The translations under genes and the position numbers were made by a program. Below are positions 58,619 through 64,000 of a stretch of DNA of 64,000 nt, piece by piece. The first letter of the stretch is position 1, and each line of letters starts with the position of its first letter. The notes under the pieces were generated by a model. That model was not told where the DNA came from. It saw nothing but the letters and a program-made list of their open reading frames with translations, and ran no database searches. This stretch comes from Chrysomallon squamiferum (lineage: Eukaryota; Animalia; Mollusca), in assembly GCA_012295275.1 (NCBI GenBank), contig CM022667.1:8246001-8310000 (forward strand), written 5' to 3'.

Positions 58619-61600
58619 ATTTAATTTATCTGCCTGGTTTTTACTCAGAACAGTTATCACATGTCTTTAATGTGTTGTTTGAACTTTGACAGTTAAATGT
58701 TAATCCTGGTCAATGGCAATGTCTCAGTATTATTTTTCTTTATTCAGTCTCGTATTGTAAAACTTTCTGATAGTCAGGGTTGTCTTAACACATTGGTTCA
58801 CTGGGCACCTCCATACAGACCCAAGCTAATCTATCTGTGTTGTGATATAAATAAATAAATACTATACTATACCATTACTAAACTATAAATATTTGTTACT
58901 GGAAAATGCATATTTAAGATGTATTTTACTGAAGATAATGAAAATATTAATGTTTCTTTTTATGATAACAAGTGGACATTGTGTACTTTAGTGTGCTCTG
59001 CTTTGCCTGGTGGGTTATAATCCTGTTAAAACAGCCCTGCTGATAGTGGTGTAGTGTAGAATATTCAGTATTACCTGCTCTCACGTCATATATCCACACC
59101 ATCTCTAGAATCAGCTAGTTTAATACCTCTGCTTTACAGTAACAAGGAACATATTTTATTAATAATTACTTCAATTTGAAGTTTTGGTGTGTTTATGTGG
59201 TCTTTGAATCTATTTAATATTTATTACTTTATTTAGCATTTTCTACGTTCATTCATTAAGATTTTTTGTATGTTGTCTGCGTACAGTGATCTGTTTTTTG
59301 TTTGTTTTTGTCTCTCAGCTAAAATGTTAATTCATTACAAACTTCCACATAAGTAATATATAATTTAAGCAGTGCATTGTTTGAACTAATTAAAAACCAA
59401 ATTCCATTTGGTGTCAACTTTTGTCAGAATGTTTAGTGTTGATTGCTTGATACACATTCCGTTGCTGTATGTACATAACACCAGAATTTTAAATTACCTT
59501 TTTAATTTAGTATTATCTTACTGCACTGTTCACATTATTAAATAGTTGAAATCCTTTCTGCATCATTTGAAAACAGTTTGTTTATGTACTACTACTGGAA
59601 CAGTATTTTGTTTCTTAGCAAAACCATATCCTCTTGTTCACAGATGTTAGAGTATTAATTTATTTTTCTCGGATATTTCCATGTAATTCAATTTCAGGTT
59701 CAAGAATATTTGACACAATATTAAAAGGGACAATTGTTACTTACGTTTTATTTTTTACATTTGTGTTTGTAAACAACTTCAATCCTATTATGGAGTAATT
59801 TTGGAGTTCTGAGTTCTGTCTTAATGGTTGCATTATTTTTGGTTATCTATTTTTGGTTATATTCTGATTGGTCAACTATTATGAGGGCAGCATTTTCATT
59901 GGTTAACCTTTTATGTTGGCTACATTCTGATTGGTTGAATAATACAATGTGTCAAAGGATTTACAAGTTGTATTAGTGAGAGTGAACTTTATTAAAATCA
60001 AACAAAATTAAAAAATGTATTTATTTTTTTTTTAAATTAAATAAGTAGGTTTGTGTTTGTGTGTATGTGTTTGTATGTGTTCAAATACAATGCAGACATG
60101 TGGTTCCAACTGAACATTTCTGAGTTTTATTTGTGTATCTTATTTATTTTTTCACTTTGCCTTAGAAGACAGAAACATGACAGAACAAAACTTAATTGTT
60201 GTCAAATGTTGATAATCAAAAGATCATTGAAAAATCAAACTTCCTGATGGTTTTATGTTGAAACAATGTATATTGGTGTTGATATTTTAATTGTACTTTT
60301 TAAAATGTTCCTCTTCTTGTTAATAAAATAATTAAATTTTATTATGATTTCTTGCCTGTTTCTACAACATAAAACAGATATGATCTCTTTTTTCCTAAAC
60401 ATTTTTTTTCAATACTTAATTTTAAAAACTAATAAAAAAACACAAAAGCAAAAAATGGAAGATATACTTTTCATTTTAAATAAATGAACAATATCCAAAA
60501 AGTGGTATGTTGAATAAAATAATTATTACATTGATATATCACAGATTTGGCCTATACAATATATGTAAGTAATGTATATACATAAATATTAATTACAGCA
60601 GTATCATATTTAAAAAAAATATATATAATCCTTTTATGTCATTTCACAAACACAATGAACATAAATAAAAGAAAATACACAACCAAAGTTTACACTGATT
60701 GATTAATATGTTTGGCACTACTTATCTTCAGTCAAGATATTAACAATAACTGATTGTGATATTTCTTAATGCACACAGACATCAAATACTGTATTACACT
60801 TTTTCTCACAGTTCGGTTATCTTTTATTATAGCTCAAATTTCACCCATCCTGTTCTATAATCACTGGCCTGGTAACTTGATTATCAAAAAGAAAATTTAC
60901 ATTAAAATTTCATGCTTCAATCAATTTTTGATTTACAGACACGTTCACTTTCACCCAGCTTTGTAGGTATAGCATGGAGGTCTTTGGGTTATAATTATCC
61001 TAACAGTTACCACAGCAATACCACTAATACTATAATATCTACTGAGAAAACAATAAAAGTGCAGTACTTTTCTTGACACAATCAAAATCTGTTTTTCGTA
61101 TTTCTCCAATTCATCAACTTCGACAAACAGCAAAATAAACAATTTATAAGGAGAAAGCTGTTAGAAAAAGGCACCAATGTTTCTGATAAAACCATACTTA
61201 ATTTAGTTTTCCACATATGCAGATATTTACACAACACACTGTCTTATTTTAGTTCATAGTCAATAAATTCAGATAGTAGTAATAATATCTTTACAACTAT
61301 TTACATTATATGGAAGGAAATCTAGATCTTTCTGTCTATATTACTATCAGATCTCACAGTTAAATGCAATTTTCACGAACTGTTTTCACTCTTCTCTTAT
61401 GGCAGATTTCACACATACATTATAATCACTTCCAGATGCATGCAACATCCCAACTATATGCTCTGTTATTTACAAATCAAGATAACACAATACATGATTC
61501 ACGTACAAACTGACTTACATCACTCATAGATATTTCATGTTAACATGTCAGAGAAAAAGAAAAATTATCATCATAATATTTAACAATCATATTCATCACC

Positions 61601-61812
61601 AACATAAACGACATTAGGAAAAAAAACAAGGATAGTTAGTTTTCACAATCATTATTTGTCTTGGCCTATTGTACATTAAAAGCAATGTGCTTGAACATCC
61701 ACACAGTTCATTGGAAATATTTGTAAAATTCTTTAGTGACATGTATGTTTAAGTCAAATGTAAGGTCACTTTTATATGATGCCTGGTGATGTGGTCATTT
61801 TTTTATGTGCTT

Positions 61813-64000
61813 GTGTAAGATCACTTTTAAGATACACTGACGTAAGATCACTTTTAAGATACACTAGTGTAAGATCACTTTTAAGATTTTCTAGTGTAAG
61901 ATCACTTTTAAGATATTCTAGTGTAAGATCACTTTTAAGATACACTAACGTAAGATCACTTTTAAGATACACTAGTGTAAGATCACTTTTAAGATATTCT
62001 AGTGTAAGATCACTTTTAAGATATTCTAGTGTAAGATCACTTTTAAGATACACTAACGTAAGATCACTTTTAAGATACACTAGTGTAAGATCACTTTAAG
62101 ATACTCTGTGGTAAGATCAACTTTTAAGATACACTAGTGTAAAATCAACTTTAACATACGCTAGTGTAAGATCAACTTTAAAATATACTAGTGTAAGATC
62201 ACTTTTAAGATACACTGCTTTAAGATCACTTTTATGACAGATACACTAATGTAAGATCAACTTTTAAGATTCTCTTTTGTAAGATCAGCCTTTAAGATAC
62301 ACTAGCGTAAGATCAAATTTAAAGATACACTAGTTTAAGATCAACTTTTAAGATATATTAATGTAAGATCAACTTTTAAGATATATTAATGTAAGATCAA
62401 CTTTTAAGAGACATTAATGTAAACATACTTTTAATGTAAACTAGTGTAAAATCAACTTTAAGATACACTAGTGTAAGATCAACTTTTAAGATTCTCTTTT
62501 GTAAGATCAGCCTTTAAGTTACACTAGTATAAGATCAACTTTTAAGATTCTGTTTTGTAAGATCAGCCTTTAAGATACACTAGTGTAAGATCAACTTTAA
62601 GATACACTAGTGTAAGATCAACTTTAAGATATACTAGTGTAAGATCAACTTTTAAGATACACTGCTATAAGATCACTTTTAAGACAGATACACTAATGTA
62701 AGATCAACTTTTAAGATTCTCTTTTTTTGTAAGATCAGCCTTTAAGATACACTAGTGTAAGATCAACTTTTAAGATTCTCTTTTTGTAAGATCAGCCTTT
62801 AAGATACACTAGTGTAAGATCAACTTTAAGATACACTAGTGTAAGATCAACTTTAAGATATACTAGTGTAAGATCAACTTTTAAGATACACTGCTATAAG
62901 ATCACTTTTAAGACAGATACACTAATGTAAGATCAACTTTTAAGATTCTCTTTTGTAAGATCAGCCTTTAAGATACACTAGTGTAAGATCAACTTTTAAG
63001 ATTCTCTTTTGTAAGATCAGCCTTTTAAGATACACTAGTGTAAGATCAACTTTTAAGATTCTCTTTTGTAAGATCAGCCTTTAAGATACACTAGTGTAAG
63101 ATCAACTTTATGATACACTAGTGTAAGATCAACTTTAAGATATACTAGTGTAAGATCAACTTTTAAGATACACTGCTATAAGATCACTTTTAAGACAGAT
63201 ACACTAATGTAAGATCAACTTTTAAGATTCTCTTTTGTAAGATCAGCCTTTAAGATACACTAGTGTAAGATCAACTTTTAAGATTCTCTTTTGTAAGATC
63301 AGCCTTTAAGATACACTAGTGTAAGATCAACTTTTAAGATTCTCTTTTGTAAGATCAGCCTTTAAGATACACTAGTGTAAGATCAACTTTATGATACACT
63401 AGTGTAAGATCAACTTTAAGATATACTAGTGTAAGATCAACTTTTAAGATACACTGCTATAAGATCACTTTTAAGACAGATACACTAATGTAAGATCAAC
63501 TTTTAAGATTCTCTTTTGTAAGATCAGCCTTTAAGATACACTAGTGTAAGATCAACTTTTAAGATTCTCTTTTGTAAGATCAGCCTTTAAGATACACTAG
63601 TGTAAGATCAACTTTTAAGATTCTCTTTTGTAAGATCAGCCTTTAAGATACACTAGTGTAAGATCAACTTTATGATACACTAGTGTAAGATCAACTTTAA
63701 GATATACTAGTGTAAGATCAACTTTTAAGATACACTGCTATAAGATCACTTTTAAGACAGATACACTAATGTAAGATCAACTTTTAAGATTCTCTTTTGT
63801 AAGATCAGCCTTTAAGATACACTAGTGTAAGATCAACTTTTAAGATTCTCTTTTGTAAGATCAGCCTTTAAGATACACTAGTGTAAGATCAACTTTATGA
63901 TACACTAGTGTAAGATCAACTTTAAGATATACTAGTGTAAGATCAACTTTAAGATATACTAGTGTAAGATCAACTTTTAAGATACACTGCTATAAGATCA
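61813..64000. repeat. 27/28-bp satellite with a higher-order repeat of about 281 bp, running off the window end
   Basis: Monomer GTAAGATC(A)ACTTTTAAGATACACTAGT. A marker variant CTGCTATAAGATCACTTTTAAGACAGATAC recurs at 62662, 62891, 63173, 63454, 63735 and (truncated by the window end) 63987. Confidence 0.97.

Noticed and set aside
61772-62099. ORFs with YLKSDLTLV or SVRSLLRYT repeats; superficially CRISPR-like array
   Set aside because: This is a 27-bp satellite with no unique spacers and no cas genes, in eukaryotic DNA.

Overview
AT-rich, intron-containing animal genomic DNA. A mollusc or other lophotrochozoan origin is inferred from the protein sequences and a SINE-like remnant. Five genes can be read by hand-splicing: FASTKD1 (minus strand, about 1.6-9.2 kb, with two apparent +1 frameshifts), head-to-head with MRPL38 (plus strand, 8 coding exons, two GC-AG introns); C/EBP-gamma (minus strand), head-to-head with an intronless C/EBP alpha/beta/delta-type gene (plus strand); and CLPTM1L (plus strand, 17 coding exons). 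A 27-bp satellite with higher-order structure fills the end of the window. The most interesting part is the C/EBP locus. It has a shared promoter of about 0.7 kb with kappaB, STAT and CRE motifs. The activator's leader has in-frame CUG/GUG codons, an overlapping uORF and a downstream LIP-like AUG. It is followed by about 30 kb without recognisable genes that is strongly enriched in perfect CRE (9x TGACGTCA) and C/EBP (5x ATTTCGCAAT) sites, including a CRE-bearing hairpin. All motif counts and splice models were made by eye and need computational confirmation.
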